64,000 nt of DNA from an uncultured Candidatus Saccharibacteria bacterium (GTDB taxonomy: Bacteria; Patescibacteriota; Dojkabacteria; J137), in assembly GCA_965230975.1 (NCBI GenBank), contig OZ246402.1, positions 800,859 to 864,858 on the forward strand, written 5' to 3'. The notes under the pieces were generated by a model. That model searched no databases. It was not told where the DNA came from and saw only the letters and a list, made by a program, of their open reading frames with translations. The number at the start of each line of letters is the position of its first letter. The stretch's first letter is position 1. Position numbers and translations under genes: made by a program. Below, in pieces: positions 27,958-38,300 of the stretch.

Positions 27958-28581
27958 TTACATTAACTCCCATCTTTCTCTCATCACTTCGCTATACATT
28001 CCCGCTATCTCTCTAGCACTAGGCAATTCTAAAGTCTTTGTCTTATCAAACTTTCTTTGTAACTCTAACTTTCCATTCCCTTCTGCTAAGCTCTCAGCCC
28101 AAGCGTAAAATGCTGTTTGCAATACCTCATCTGTAACAAAAGCAATCTTATCTGCCTCTTTAACAATCTTTTGCTCTATACAAGAATTAATAGTCTCTGG
28201 ATTTTCAAAAAGAATATTCCTCAACTTATGTAATTGATCTGGGCTTAAATCTAAACTTTCAAAGAACTCATTTGCAATATCCCAATTAAATTGTGCATGT
28301 CTTTGTTGAAGAACTTGTGGAGTTTCATCAGCAGTCTTACCAATATCATGAAAAAGAGCACCCAGCAAAATAACTTTTAAATCTGCATCTGTATAATCCT
28401 TAGCAACTTCAACAGCAATGTTCATAACATCTATACTATGATTAATCATAATATCTGCGTTATTAAAACTATATCTTGGGTTTGCATTAAACCTATCTCT
28501 TACAAAAGCTTGAGCACTTTGCTTTACTTGAGCTAAACCTTTACTATCTAAGTAAGCTTGAAGTGATGGATCTGTAAACAT
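27958..28581 (-). CDS. HD-domain phosphohydrolase
   Basis: H...HDIGK motif (GALFHDIGKT) and a downstream D in KEADKIAF. Confidence 0.75.
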   Translation of the reverse strand: MFTDPSLQAYLDSKGLAQVKQSAQAFVRDRFNANPRYSFNNADIMINHSIDVMNIAVEVAKDYTDADLKVILLGALFHDIGKTADETPQVLQQRHAQFNWDIANEFFESLDLSPDQLHKLRNILFENPETINSCIEQKIVKEADKIAFVTDEVLQTAFYAWAESLAEGNGKLELQRKFDKTKTLELPSAREIAGMYSEVMRERWELM

Positions 28582-28648
28582 AAAGCTTAGTGTATTAAAG
28601 TATATAAATATTAGTTAAAATAATAACACAATCTTTACTTGAATAATT

Positions 28649-30640
28649 ATGAGAAATACGGGAATAGAAGGCGCGATAGATTCTGACCCAAGCACAGAAC
28701 TAATTACAAATTTCGAACAACTAGTTAAAGTAGCCCAACTTTACAGATTAGATTACCTAGACTTAAGACACCCTTATATAAAAAGAAGTATAAGTACGTA
28801 TCAGGGTTACCCTAGATATACAGAAACTATACAAGATGAAGATGAGCAGGGTAATGACGTTCAGACAGAAGTTAAAATTAATACTGAGTGGCATACTTCA
28901 ATAGAAGGAATAACAAGTGGTAAACCAAGGCTAATATTAGAAGTGAGATGCGCAACTTTCGGTAGTACTGAAAAAACTAAAACGAATGTTCAAAAATTAG
29001 TTGCTGATAACGCCGCATACAAGCTTAATCCCAAATACCTACTTTTAGAAGTAAGTATTGAGAATATTGATAGGATATTTGAAGAAATTTATAAATTGGT
29101 TTTAGCATTAGAAAAAGCTTTCGACGAACCTTCAATTTCACAGTCTGAACGAATAGACAATGTAAACATTATCATTAAAACAATAGCACAGGGATTAAAT
29201 CAGGTAAGTCAATATCTTAATAACTTTGAAAACAACAAAGAAAGGCAGACATTATTAGCACAAACCATAAACCCTAATATAATTACCGTTTTTAATATTT
29301 ATTATGATGAAAAGGAGAAGGATTATCCTATTATAAAACCAGAATCTATTGCCAAATACTATTTTTTAACAAGAGCTTGTTTAAGCCAGGGTTATACCGA
29401 TATAAGTTATGAACAACAGATTTATCTTAGAGATCAAATATTGACAATAGCCAAAGAAATGTTTTCTGCACTTTTTTACTTAAATCTAGGCGGAGATTAT
29501 AGATCAAAATGGGACCCTAACGGTGAATTTGCTAGTAGAGTTGAAGAAGCTTCAACCTTTGAAGAGATAAAAGAGATATATCAAGAATTTATACCAAAGA
29601 TAGAAGAAGTTATAAAACCTTACATAACAGGTAAGCGAAAAGAAGTAAGTGGATGGGAAGAGGTTGCACTTATTTTGTTTATGCTAGGTGAAGAATTAAC
29701 AATAAAAACACCCAGACTAAGGCTAATTATATCTCTTTTAGAAAAATTTATTCATTTTACACATTCTGGAAATGAGGAGTCTACAATATCTCAAAGATTA
29801 GTAAGATTTAACATGAATGCATTACTACCTTTTCTAATTGCAAGTGAGGGACATTCTGACCCAAAGGAGATTTCATGTCTCTTTCAAACACTAAGCCCTC
29901 TCGAACAAGAAGAAGTATTGCGAATGTTTCCACAAATAGATATAGAAGATTACACTGATTTAGATGTATTAAACATGATTTTGGAATCAGAAGCAGATGA
30001 TTTAAAAGGGGCATTTTGGCGTAATTTAATAAATCCAGATTTAAGAATGAGAGGTGGTACAAACTCTAGTAATATGACCTTTGAGATAGCGAATGTGGGG
30101 GATGGAGAAAATACTTCTTGGAAAATACTTTGCGATTTATATACTAAGTTTTACAGATTTTCTAGATACGACCCAAACAAATCATATAGAGCTTTGAATT
30201 TTAGATACGAAGATTTTAAATACGCTAGCCCTATAATGTGCGAGTTCTTAGAATGGTATCCAAAAGTAAATAAAAAGCTATTTGAAAAACTTTTAGAAAA
30301 ATTAAAAGTTGAAAACGAAGAACCAGATTTTAATGCTAAAAAAGTATTATCATTTTTACAAGATAATGTATTTTCACAAACTTTGATTAATCTAGGTAAA
30401 GATAGATACGAGTTAGTAAAAGTACCTGAAAGTAACTTACAAATATTACTAATAGACCAACCACCAATAAATATTCAAATAGCTGCAGAATTTACAAATC
30501 TAAATGGTGAAGTTAAGTCAAAAGATTCTTTTGTTCCAATTGTTTTTATAAATGGAGTTGAAGTTACAAGTCTTGAATCAATTCTCTCACATTTAGGTAT
30601 TGTTCAAGCAATAAAATACAAATTTCAGCAAGGAGATTAA
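28649..30640 (+). CDS. hypothetical protein, 663 aa, cytoplasmic
   Basis: Long uninterrupted ORF with no TM helix and no recognisable motif. Confidence 0.55.
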   Translation: MRNTGIEGAIDSDPSTELITNFEQLVKVAQLYRLDYLDLRHPYIKRSISTYQGYPRYTETIQDEDEQGNDVQTEVKINTEWHTSIEGITSGKPRLILEVRCATFGSTEKTKTNVQKLVADNAAYKLNPKYLLLEVSIENIDRIFEEIYKLVLALEKAFDEPSISQSERIDNVNIIIKTIAQGLNQVSQYLNNFENNKERQTLLAQTINPNIITVFNIYYDEKEKDYPIIKPESIAKYYFLTRACLSQGYTDISYEQQIYLRDQILTIAKEMFSALFYLNLGGDYRSKWDPNGEFASRVEEASTFEEIKEIYQEFIPKIEEVIKPYITGKRKEVSGWEEVALILFMLGEELTIKTPRLRLIISLLEKFIHFTHSGNEESTISQRLVRFNMNALLPFLIASEGHSDPKEISCLFQTLSPLEQEEVLRMFPQIDIEDYTDLDVLNMILESEADDLKGAFWRNLINPDLRMRGGTNSSNMTFEIANVGDGENTSWKILCDLYTKFYRFSRYDPNKSYRALNFRYEDFKYASPIMCEFLEWYPKVNKKLFEKLLEKLKVENEEPDFNAKKVLSFLQDNVFSQTLINLGKDRYELVKVPESNLQILLIDQPPINIQIAAEFTNLNGEVKSKDSFVPIVFINGVEVTSLESILSHLGIVQAIKYKFQQGD

Positions 30641-30724
30641 ATTAGCTAATTGCATTTCCACCCACACCTTACTATACTAGTATTAACTCCTGGGTTTACT
30701 ATACTATTTGTTAAGCTAAACTAA

Positions 30725-31696
30725 ATGAGCAAGCCAACCGTACTTATAATAGGTGGAACAGGATATATAGGCTACCACGTTTGCAAAGAGCTTGTTGCAC
30801 AAGACTATAGCGTAACGGCAATATCAATAGACGATGTACCTCAAAATTTTTTACCAGAACAAGTAAAAATAGTTAAAGCAAATATAGAAAAGCTAACAGA
30901 TGAACAACTATCAGAACTATTTAAAGACATTGACTACTTTATATTTGCAGCAGGCGCAGACGATAGACTAACACCAAAAGCACCATCTTACCCATTCTTT
31001 TACAAAGCAAACGTAGAATCTGTAGAAAGATTGTTAACAATCGGCAAATCAGCAGGAGTAAAGAAATGCGTAGTACTAAACTCTTACTTTGCATACTTTA
31101 ATAGAACCTGGCCACAAATGCAGCTCGCAAAAAAGCACCCATATATAAGATCTAGAGTAGCGCAACAGGAGATGGCATTCAAAATTGGAGGTGACACAAT
31201 GCCAGTAGCAGTTTTAGAACTACCTTACATAGTAGGAGTAACACCAACCAAAGGATCTTTATGGAAAGGTCTTGTAAAATATGTAAACTCTAAGGGCAAT
31301 ACAAAATACTATACAAAAGGAGGAACAGCAGTAACATCTGTAAGAAATGTAGGGTTAGCAATTGCAAACGCATTAAAATTCACAACACAAAACACACAAT
31401 ATCAGGTTGTAGATATTAATATGACTTGGGAGGAGTGGTTAAAAGCTTTAAGAGTAGATAAAACAAGAGAGATTAAAGTTGTAAGCATACCAACATTTTT
31501 AGTAAAAATCGCATCTGTATTCATGCTAATTAGGTACAAACTAAAAGGTGAAGAACCTGGTTTAAATATTGTAGATTTTATTGACCTGCAAACTAAAAAT
31601 ACCTTCTTACCAATAAAAGAAAGCCAACAAGCTTTGCAGTATAATAAATACGATATAAATCAAGATTTTGAAGATACAGTAAAGCTTTGCGCGTAG
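30725..31696 (+). CDS. NAD-dependent epimerase/dehydratase family (atypical SDR)
   Basis: N-terminal Rossmann motif VLIIGGTGYIGYHV. Confidence 0.7.
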   Translation: MSKPTVLIIGGTGYIGYHVCKELVAQDYSVTAISIDDVPQNFLPEQVKIVKANIEKLTDEQLSELFKDIDYFIFAAGADDRLTPKAPSYPFFYKANVESVERLLTIGKSAGVKKCVVLNSYFAYFNRTWPQMQLAKKHPYIRSRVAQQEMAFKIGGDTMPVAVLELPYIVGVTPTKGSLWKGLVKYVNSKGNTKYYTKGGTAVTSVRNVGLAIANALKFTTQNTQYQVVDINMTWEEWLKALRVDKTREIKVVSIPTFLVKIASVFMLIRYKLKGEEPGLNIVDFIDLQTKNTFLPIKESQQALQYNKYDINQDFEDTVKLCA

Positions 31697-31710
31697 TTTA
31701 TATAAAAGCA

Positions 31711-31735
31711 AAATGCCCACCAAAGGTGGGCATTT
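31711..31735. terminator. bidirectional hairpin terminator between convergent genes
   Basis: AAATGCCCACC-AAA-GGTGGGCATTT. U-rich runs follow it on both strands. Confidence 0.6.
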
Positions 31736-31749
31736 CTTAATTCAATTAC

Positions 31750-33390
31750 TTATCTTAAATTTACTTCATTTGAAATAGCTTCTCCAACGCCACACCATCC
31801 TCCATATACATTTTGATCTTTTGCACAAACCCTAATGTAGGTGTAATCCTTAAATGGAGTAAGATCATATTCTCTTACGCTAGGTGCTACATCAGAATGA
31901 GTATAAGATGCATAAGGGATGCCGTTTGTAGGAATAGGGCTATATGAACCGATAATCTTAAACCCAGATAAATTAGTACCAACTACATTCCAAACTAGTT
32001 TATTTGCTGTGGTATCAACACTTAAGTTAATACTTTTTACAAATGGCTCAGAAGTTTTAGTTAAGTCTACCTGCTCTGAAATAGCTCCGCATTTAGCAAT
32101 ATAACCTCTTTCGTAAGAAATAGCGCAAATTCTTGCCTTACTAATACTAATATTAGAATTTTGTAGAGTGTAGTTTCTTTTAACTGGATCTGAAATAGTT
32201 ACTTGAGAATATGTAGCTGCAGGGAATCCACTATCTGGAATATCTGCATCTGAGAATGTAATTAAAAAACCGTCTTCCGCATATCCATTAGTTACCCAAG
32301 AAAGTTCATTAGATTCTTTATTAAACTTTAAATCAATATCTGAAACCAATGTACCTACATCTTCTAAGTAAAATGTAATTAGATTAGAAAAGGTATAACA
32401 ACTATCTGGAATATCTTTATTTACAAGACATGCAATTGCATTGTATGTACCAGGTCCATCAACTCTTGTAATTTTTCCATATTTATATGCTGTAGCAGTA
32501 GTAAATTCCCCATGAGATACAGTTGGATTATATCTTAAAATATCTGGTGACTTTGACCATATAATTTTTGTTGTATCATAACCAGTTGCATCTCCACTTA
32601 CAGTCCATGTTAAAACCCTATCTGATTCGTATTTCAAAGTAATTATTGGAGTGTTTCCATTAAATTTATTTGGATCACTTTTAATCCATTTAACGGTACT
32701 TACCATTGCATCACAAATAGATACATCTCCAGTACACTTCATTGATAAACCGAAAGAATAACCTCTATTTGAGCCATCTTGTAGTGGAACAAATACAGAA
32801 GGTTTTCCACAAGGTGCAGATATACTTACTCCTTGAAATTCGCAGGTAGTATTTAATAGATTTGCAAAATAATAATAAGTTCCATTTGATTCACCTCTAG
32901 TAAATTTTTGTCCTAGTTCTGTAGTAATACTTACTAAGCTATTATTTGTAACTGCTACCGGAGCTATAGGAACTCCAACACTATCCCACAGTATACTTAA
33001 TATATAGTCTTGGTTTTCGAACTCTACTGTATCATTTTGAGTTGATCCATTTACATATTTTTTGCTAGTATTTTCTGGGGTTTTTAGTTCAAAAGTAGCT
33101 GTATATAAATCAAAATTAGCCTTTGGCCAAGTTTGAATTGGTAATGCAATTATTTCGTTTGCATTATCTATAGAAGTTGGTCCAGAAACTACACCCTGAT
33201 TACTATAATCTACACTTTTAACAGTAATAACACTTGGAGTAGGCACTAAATCTTCAATAGACTTATCTAAGTCATTTGCAAGATTTGAATTATTGTTATT
33301 TAAAAGTTGATACGCAATGAATGCTCCAGCGGCAACTAATAATAATGCAACAACCGACATTATTAATGTTTTCTTATTAAGAAAGCGCAT
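31750..33390 (-). CDS. secreted/anchored beta-rich protein with Fn3/Ig-like repeats
   Basis: I prefer the ATG at 33390 (MRFLNKKTLIMSVVALLLVAAGAF signal anchor) over TTG 33447. The motif (ELS/KLV)W-(VT/NV)-x-G is repeated with Cys pairs. Confidence 0.6.
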   Translation of the reverse strand: MRFLNKKTLIMSVVALLLVAAGAFIAYQLLNNNNSNLANDLDKSIEDLVPTPSVITVKSVDYSNQGVVSGPTSIDNANEIIALPIQTWPKANFDLYTATFELKTPENTSKKYVNGSTQNDTVEFENQDYILSILWDSVGVPIAPVAVTNNSLVSITTELGQKFTRGESNGTYYYFANLLNTTCEFQGVSISAPCGKPSVFVPLQDGSNRGYSFGLSMKCTGDVSICDAMVSTVKWIKSDPNKFNGNTPIITLKYESDRVLTWTVSGDATGYDTTKIIWSKSPDILRYNPTVSHGEFTTATAYKYGKITRVDGPGTYNAIACLVNKDIPDSCYTFSNLITFYLEDVGTLVSDIDLKFNKESNELSWVTNGYAEDGFLITFSDADIPDSGFPAATYSQVTISDPVKRNYTLQNSNISISKARICAISYERGYIAKCGAISEQVDLTKTSEPFVKSINLSVDTTANKLVWNVVGTNLSGFKIIGSYSPIPTNGIPYASYTHSDVAPSVREYDLTPFKDYTYIRVCAKDQNVYGGWCGVGEAISNEVNLR

Positions 33391-33534
33391 AAAATAATAA
33401 TAAAAATGTAATATACCAATATTAGTATTTTGTAGTGTACATTGCAATTTAGGTATAAAAGTTTGGGAATATTTTCTTCTTATGATTAGTTGGCTATAGT
33501 ATAATATTCAAATCTTACTTAACTAAAATCTATT

Positions 33535-34050
33535 ATGCTTCAAAGTAAAATATCTGACGACAATGCACGTAAATTTAACAAGTATTCTAAAGCACCCGAA
33601 ATAATGCCAAGAGATGAAATTATTAACAAAAAATCAGTCTTAAAAACAGACAAAGGCGTAATAGAAATTAAACTATTTGGAGACGAAGCACCTTTAGCTG
33701 TAAGTAACCACATCTTTTTAGTAAAAGATAAATTCTATAACAATATAATCTTTCACAGAAGAGAAGAGGGATTTGTAATTCAAGGTGGAGACCCACTAGG
33801 AAAAGGATACGGAGGACCTGGTTACCAATTTGAAGATGAACCTGTTATGAGAGATTACACACGAGGGATTGTTGCAATGGCAAATGCCGGCCCAGACACA
33901 AACGGAAGTCAATTCTTTATAATGCTAGACAATGTACCATTGCCCCCTCTATACACAATATTTGGCGAGGTAATATCTGGATTAGATGTAGTAGATCAGA
34001 TTCAAATAGGAGACACCATTCTTGAAGCTAAAATTGAAGATTTAGATTAA
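33535..34050 (+). CDS. peptidyl-prolyl cis-trans isomerase, cyclophilin type
   Basis: FHRREEGFVIQGGDP, GIVAMANAGPDTNGSQFFIM. Confidence 0.9.
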   Translation: MLQSKISDDNARKFNKYSKAPEIMPRDEIINKKSVLKTDKGVIEIKLFGDEAPLAVSNHIFLVKDKFYNNIIFHRREEGFVIQGGDPLGKGYGGPGYQFEDEPVMRDYTRGIVAMANAGPDTNGSQFFIMLDNVPLPPLYTIFGEVISGLDVVDQIQIGDTILEAKIEDLD

Positions 34051-34061
34051 ACAATAATTCT

Positions 34062-34529
34062 ATGCTAATTTTTCAAAAAGATGATTGGAACAAATTACAC
34101 ATAGCTAAAATAAATGGATGGACTTTAACCTTAATGGGGGATCAAAACCTATTAGGATGGGTTATGTTATTTCCTTCTAGAAAATTAAAAGGACCTATAA
34201 CTTTATTAACAAATGATGAATTAATTGAATTTAAAAAAGTGGCTTTGTTAACTGAAGAACTATTAAACGATTTGTTTCAACCTGATTGGTTTAATTATTC
34301 TCAGCTCGGAAACCATGATGGAACATTGCATATTCATTTAGTTCCTAGATACAAAAGTAATAGGGTTTTCGATGGATTTACTTTTACTGATGAGAATTGG
34401 GGTAATAGAATAAAATACCTGCCAATTGAAAAATTAGCCCGCAAAGAAACCGTCTTGAAAATAGTTCAAGCTTTTAAAGATAAATTAAAAGAAAGAAATA
34501 TTCAAGATTTGAAAATAGAAATACTTTGA
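34062..34529 (+). CDS. HIT-family-like protein
   Basis: Histidine-triad-like motif GTLHIHLVPRY. Confidence 0.55.
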   Translation: MLIFQKDDWNKLHIAKINGWTLTLMGDQNLLGWVMLFPSRKLKGPITLLTNDELIEFKKVALLTEELLNDLFQPDWFNYSQLGNHDGTLHIHLVPRYKSNRVFDGFTFTDENWGNRIKYLPIEKLARKETVLKIVQAFKDKLKERNIQDLKIEIL

Positions 34530-34561
34530 TTCTATTAAATAACGCTAATTAAGCGTACAAA

Positions 34562-34975
34562 TTAGTTCTCTTCAACATAACTTTTAAAATTATCAAGAAT
34601 TGCTTGCCATCCTTCTCTTTGAAGCTCAATTGAATTTTCTGTTTCTGCATCAAAGGTTACTTCTATATTTGTTTGGTCGCCTGATTGGTTTAATAAAGCA
34701 GTCACATTTCTACCATCTTCCATCGAATACTTTATGGATTTATTATCTATAACCTCTGTGTAAACACCTTCAAAATCAAAACCATTTTTACCATCTACTG
34801 ATTCCATTCTGTAACTAAATTTACCTCCAACTCTTAAATCGTTTTTAGCACTTGGAGTATGCCAATCAATAGACGCATTATTCCAATTAACAATATGCTT
34901 TGGGTTTGTATAGTATTCCCAAACTTTTGTAACCGGCGCATTAATTTTGGTTTGAACTGTAATTTTTTGAAACAT
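34562..34975 (-). CDS. SRPBCC/AHSA1-domain protein
   Basis: INAPVTKVWEYYTNPKHIVNWN and the C-terminal GWQAILDNFKSYVE are typical of Aha1-like SRPBCC proteins. Confidence 0.7.
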   Translation of the reverse strand: MFQKITVQTKINAPVTKVWEYYTNPKHIVNWNNASIDWHTPSAKNDLRVGGKFSYRMESVDGKNGFDFEGVYTEVIDNKSIKYSMEDGRNVTALLNQSGDQTNIEVTFDAETENSIELQREGWQAILDNFKSYVEEN

Positions 34976-35153
34976 AATTTAAATATTAAAGTTATTAGAT
35001 TATTTTTACTTAAAACATGCTATTTAGGCAAGTAAATAATTTGTAAGTAGTTGTTAAATCACCCTATATAAATTTTCTATTATTTATAACTTATATAGGC
35101 ACGGAAATTCTTAATAGAAGCACCAAATCTGTAAATTAATTGTAAATTTTTAA

Positions 35154-35182
35154 TTGAAAACTTGTTCAAAAATCCCTATTAT
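35154..35182 (+). promoter_or_regulatory. promoter candidate TTGAAA-17-TATTAT upstream of the giant gene
   Basis: Hexamers with a 17-nt spacer, ~130 nt upstream of ATG 35313, within a 337-bp AT-rich intergenic region. Confidence 0.25.
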
Positions 35183-35312
35183 AGAAAGAGTGAAAACTAT
35201 ATCTGTATTTATTTATATTATATTTCAGATATATAAAATACCTAGTTAATTTCAATTCAATTAATAGTTGAGAGTAACATTTAAATTAAAACAACTCTTA
35301 AATAGTGAAAAA

Positions 35313-38300
35313 ATGCTATCAGTTAAGCATTCTTTTCTAACTTCATATAAAAATAATAAAAATAGATTCCACGTTATTATTGGTTTGGTTTTAGTTTTAA
35401 GCATTGCAGGATTAGTTTACGCAGCTACATCTACTAATAATATTGCTACCTCTTCTACAAATACAGCTACCACTGTTTCTACATTAAGAAGGGTAGTAAG
35501 AACAAGCGATGGAACATTACATGCATTTGTACAACTAGGTACAGAGACAATGACCTGTGGTGGAACACCAACAAATGGATTACTCTGGACTTATTCAACA
35601 GATAACGGGACAAATTGGACATGTGGTGGTCAGGTTTCTAACAATGTTAGTATTCTATTTCACGCTTCTGCCGTAGTAGATTCCTCAGATAATATTTATA
35701 TAGTATATTCACCTACAAATAGCGGAGCAAACAGCACTTACGATGCATATTATAGAAAACTAACAAAAGGGTCTGGGTCTACATGGACTTTAGAAAACGC
35801 ACAAACAGTATTAGATGCATCTGCATCTACTGGATTTAACTACGCAACCATAGAAATTGAAGGGACCGATAGACTCTGGGTTGCAGCAAGAAGGTTTGAT
35901 GGCACCAACTATCAAATATCAACTTACTATTCAGACGGGCTCACTACAAACCCTACCTGGGAAACATCTGAAAATGTATTAAGTGTAGCCGGTAATAGCG
36001 CCTCTTACCACATACCTGCAATGTTTAGATTCGGAAATAAAATAGGTATTGTTTATAACTCGCAACTGCCTACTGCAGTTATGAGATGGAGGTTTAGAGA
36101 AGATGGAGAATCTTTAACAAAATGGGCTTCTGAGACAATTATTAACACATTAACAGCTACTGGGCCAACATTTTCTGTAATTTCTGATAGTAATGCAAAT
36201 GCATATTTTGCTTTAAGTAGTACTACTAATGTTTTCTTTAACTATTGGAATGGTAGCGTTTGGTCTCAAAACGCAATAGTTAGTACGACTGCGCTTTCAA
36301 ACAGCTATGTATCTTTAACTACAAACGGTTCTAGCGTCAAAGTAATATATGGTGAATCTACAAATTTAGCTGCTGGTATTACAGGTCTAGGTATTTATAA
36401 ACTATCTTACAAAAATGGATATTTACCATTCTCCTCATCTGAATTTGATGTTACTGCTAGCCCTGTGGTTAGCTACCAAACCACATTTGATAAATATTGG
36501 AGTTACAATGGCACAACTTATACAAACGATACAACAGATGTTGCAAACGCAACTAGTGCAGATACACAAATGACATCTGGGATTGGGAGTATCGCATACT
36601 TTGGAAAACTTGAAAAATTTGACTCTATAGCTTGGGATATTTCTACAAGTGGAGTAACTGGTACTATAGTTTGGGAGTACTGGAACGGGAGTTCATGGAC
36701 AGCCTTAACTTTAAGAAACTCTTCTAGTCCTAACTTTACAGCAGATGGTTGGATAAACTTTGTAGACCCTGCAAACTGGGCAACAACTCAAGTTAATGCA
36801 GAAGGCACACCTTATTATTATGTTAGAGCTAGAACTAGTGTTGCATTTACAACTCAACCTGTAGGTGTTCAAATACTACCAATAACAGGCGTTTTTGGTG
36901 CTAACTTTATACAAAACAGTGTTAGTGGTAGTAGCTATGGTATTTGGACAGAAAACACTGCAAGCAGATTTGTTATTAAACAAGGATCTCTTAGCTATCC
37001 AGCAGTTACTGTAAATAATGCAACAAACACAAATGCAGTAAATAACTTGATAGGATACTCAACACTTGCTACAGCTACTCACCCAAGTACAATGAAAAAT
37101 ATATTACAAACATCTGACGGTACATTTCATGCCTTTATACAAGCTGGGAATAATGTTGCCTGTAATGACACGACTTATAATGGAGGGCTAGTATGGACAT
37201 ATTCTACAGATGAAGGAGTAAATTGGGATTGTGGTGCAGAACTTATGAGCGAAATTGTTAATGTATCTTATGCTTCTGCAGTAAAAGATAGTTCTGATAA
37301 TATTTATGTAGTTTATTCTACTTTAAATAATGCAGGTGGAGTTACAAATGACACCTACTATACAAAGCTAACAAAAGGAGTTGGATCAACCTGGAGCGTA
37401 GGCACTCCAGACTTAGTTTTAGATGCAAGTGGAACAACAGCATATACATACTCAACAGTTGAGATAGAAAATAATACAAGATTATGGCTTGCCACAAGGT
37501 ACTTTGACGGGGTTTATTATCAAATCAATACTTATTATTCATCAGACCTTTCGGGTGCTCCAAACTGGAGTGTTTCGAAAGCCCCATTAACAGCTCTTAC
37601 CGCAACTAGCACATATCTGTACCCTGCAATCGTTAGGTTTGGAAGTAATATTGGTGTAGCTTATAATGCTCAAACTAATAATCAAAGGTGGCGAGTTAGA
37701 TCTGATTCTGACCCGTTGAGCTCTTGGGGTACTGAAAACATTGTAAGCACAGAAGCAGTAGCTAGCCCAAGATTCTCAATTATATCTGATGGAAGTGATA
37801 ATGTTTACTATGGGTCCTTGGTAACATGTTCAATTTATACAACCTTTTGGAACGGTAGAACATGGGCTCCAACAACTACAGTAATAAACAACAACTGTAC
37901 TCAGGTAGCATCTGGCACTTACTTTAGCTTGTCTACTGATGGTACAAATTTAAGGTTATTTTATGGAGAGCCATTAAGTACTAGTACTGGAATTCCCCAA
38001 CATAGACTAGTTTATAGAACAGGTGTACCTCCATATAGTGCAAACAGCTTTGATTTAACTGCAACACAGGTAAATACAATGCATTCAACATTTACTAAGT
38101 ATTGGAGTTATGTTTCAAGTGTTTACCTAAACGACACTACAGATGCCGCAAGTGTGACAAGCGCAGATACTCAAATGCTAACAAACGCAGGAGATATTGC
38201 ATTTTTTGGATCCAGTTCAAAATTTGATACTGTTGCATGGGATGTTTCAACATTAGGAACTGTTGGATCCGTAATTTGGGAATATTGGAATGGCAGTGCT

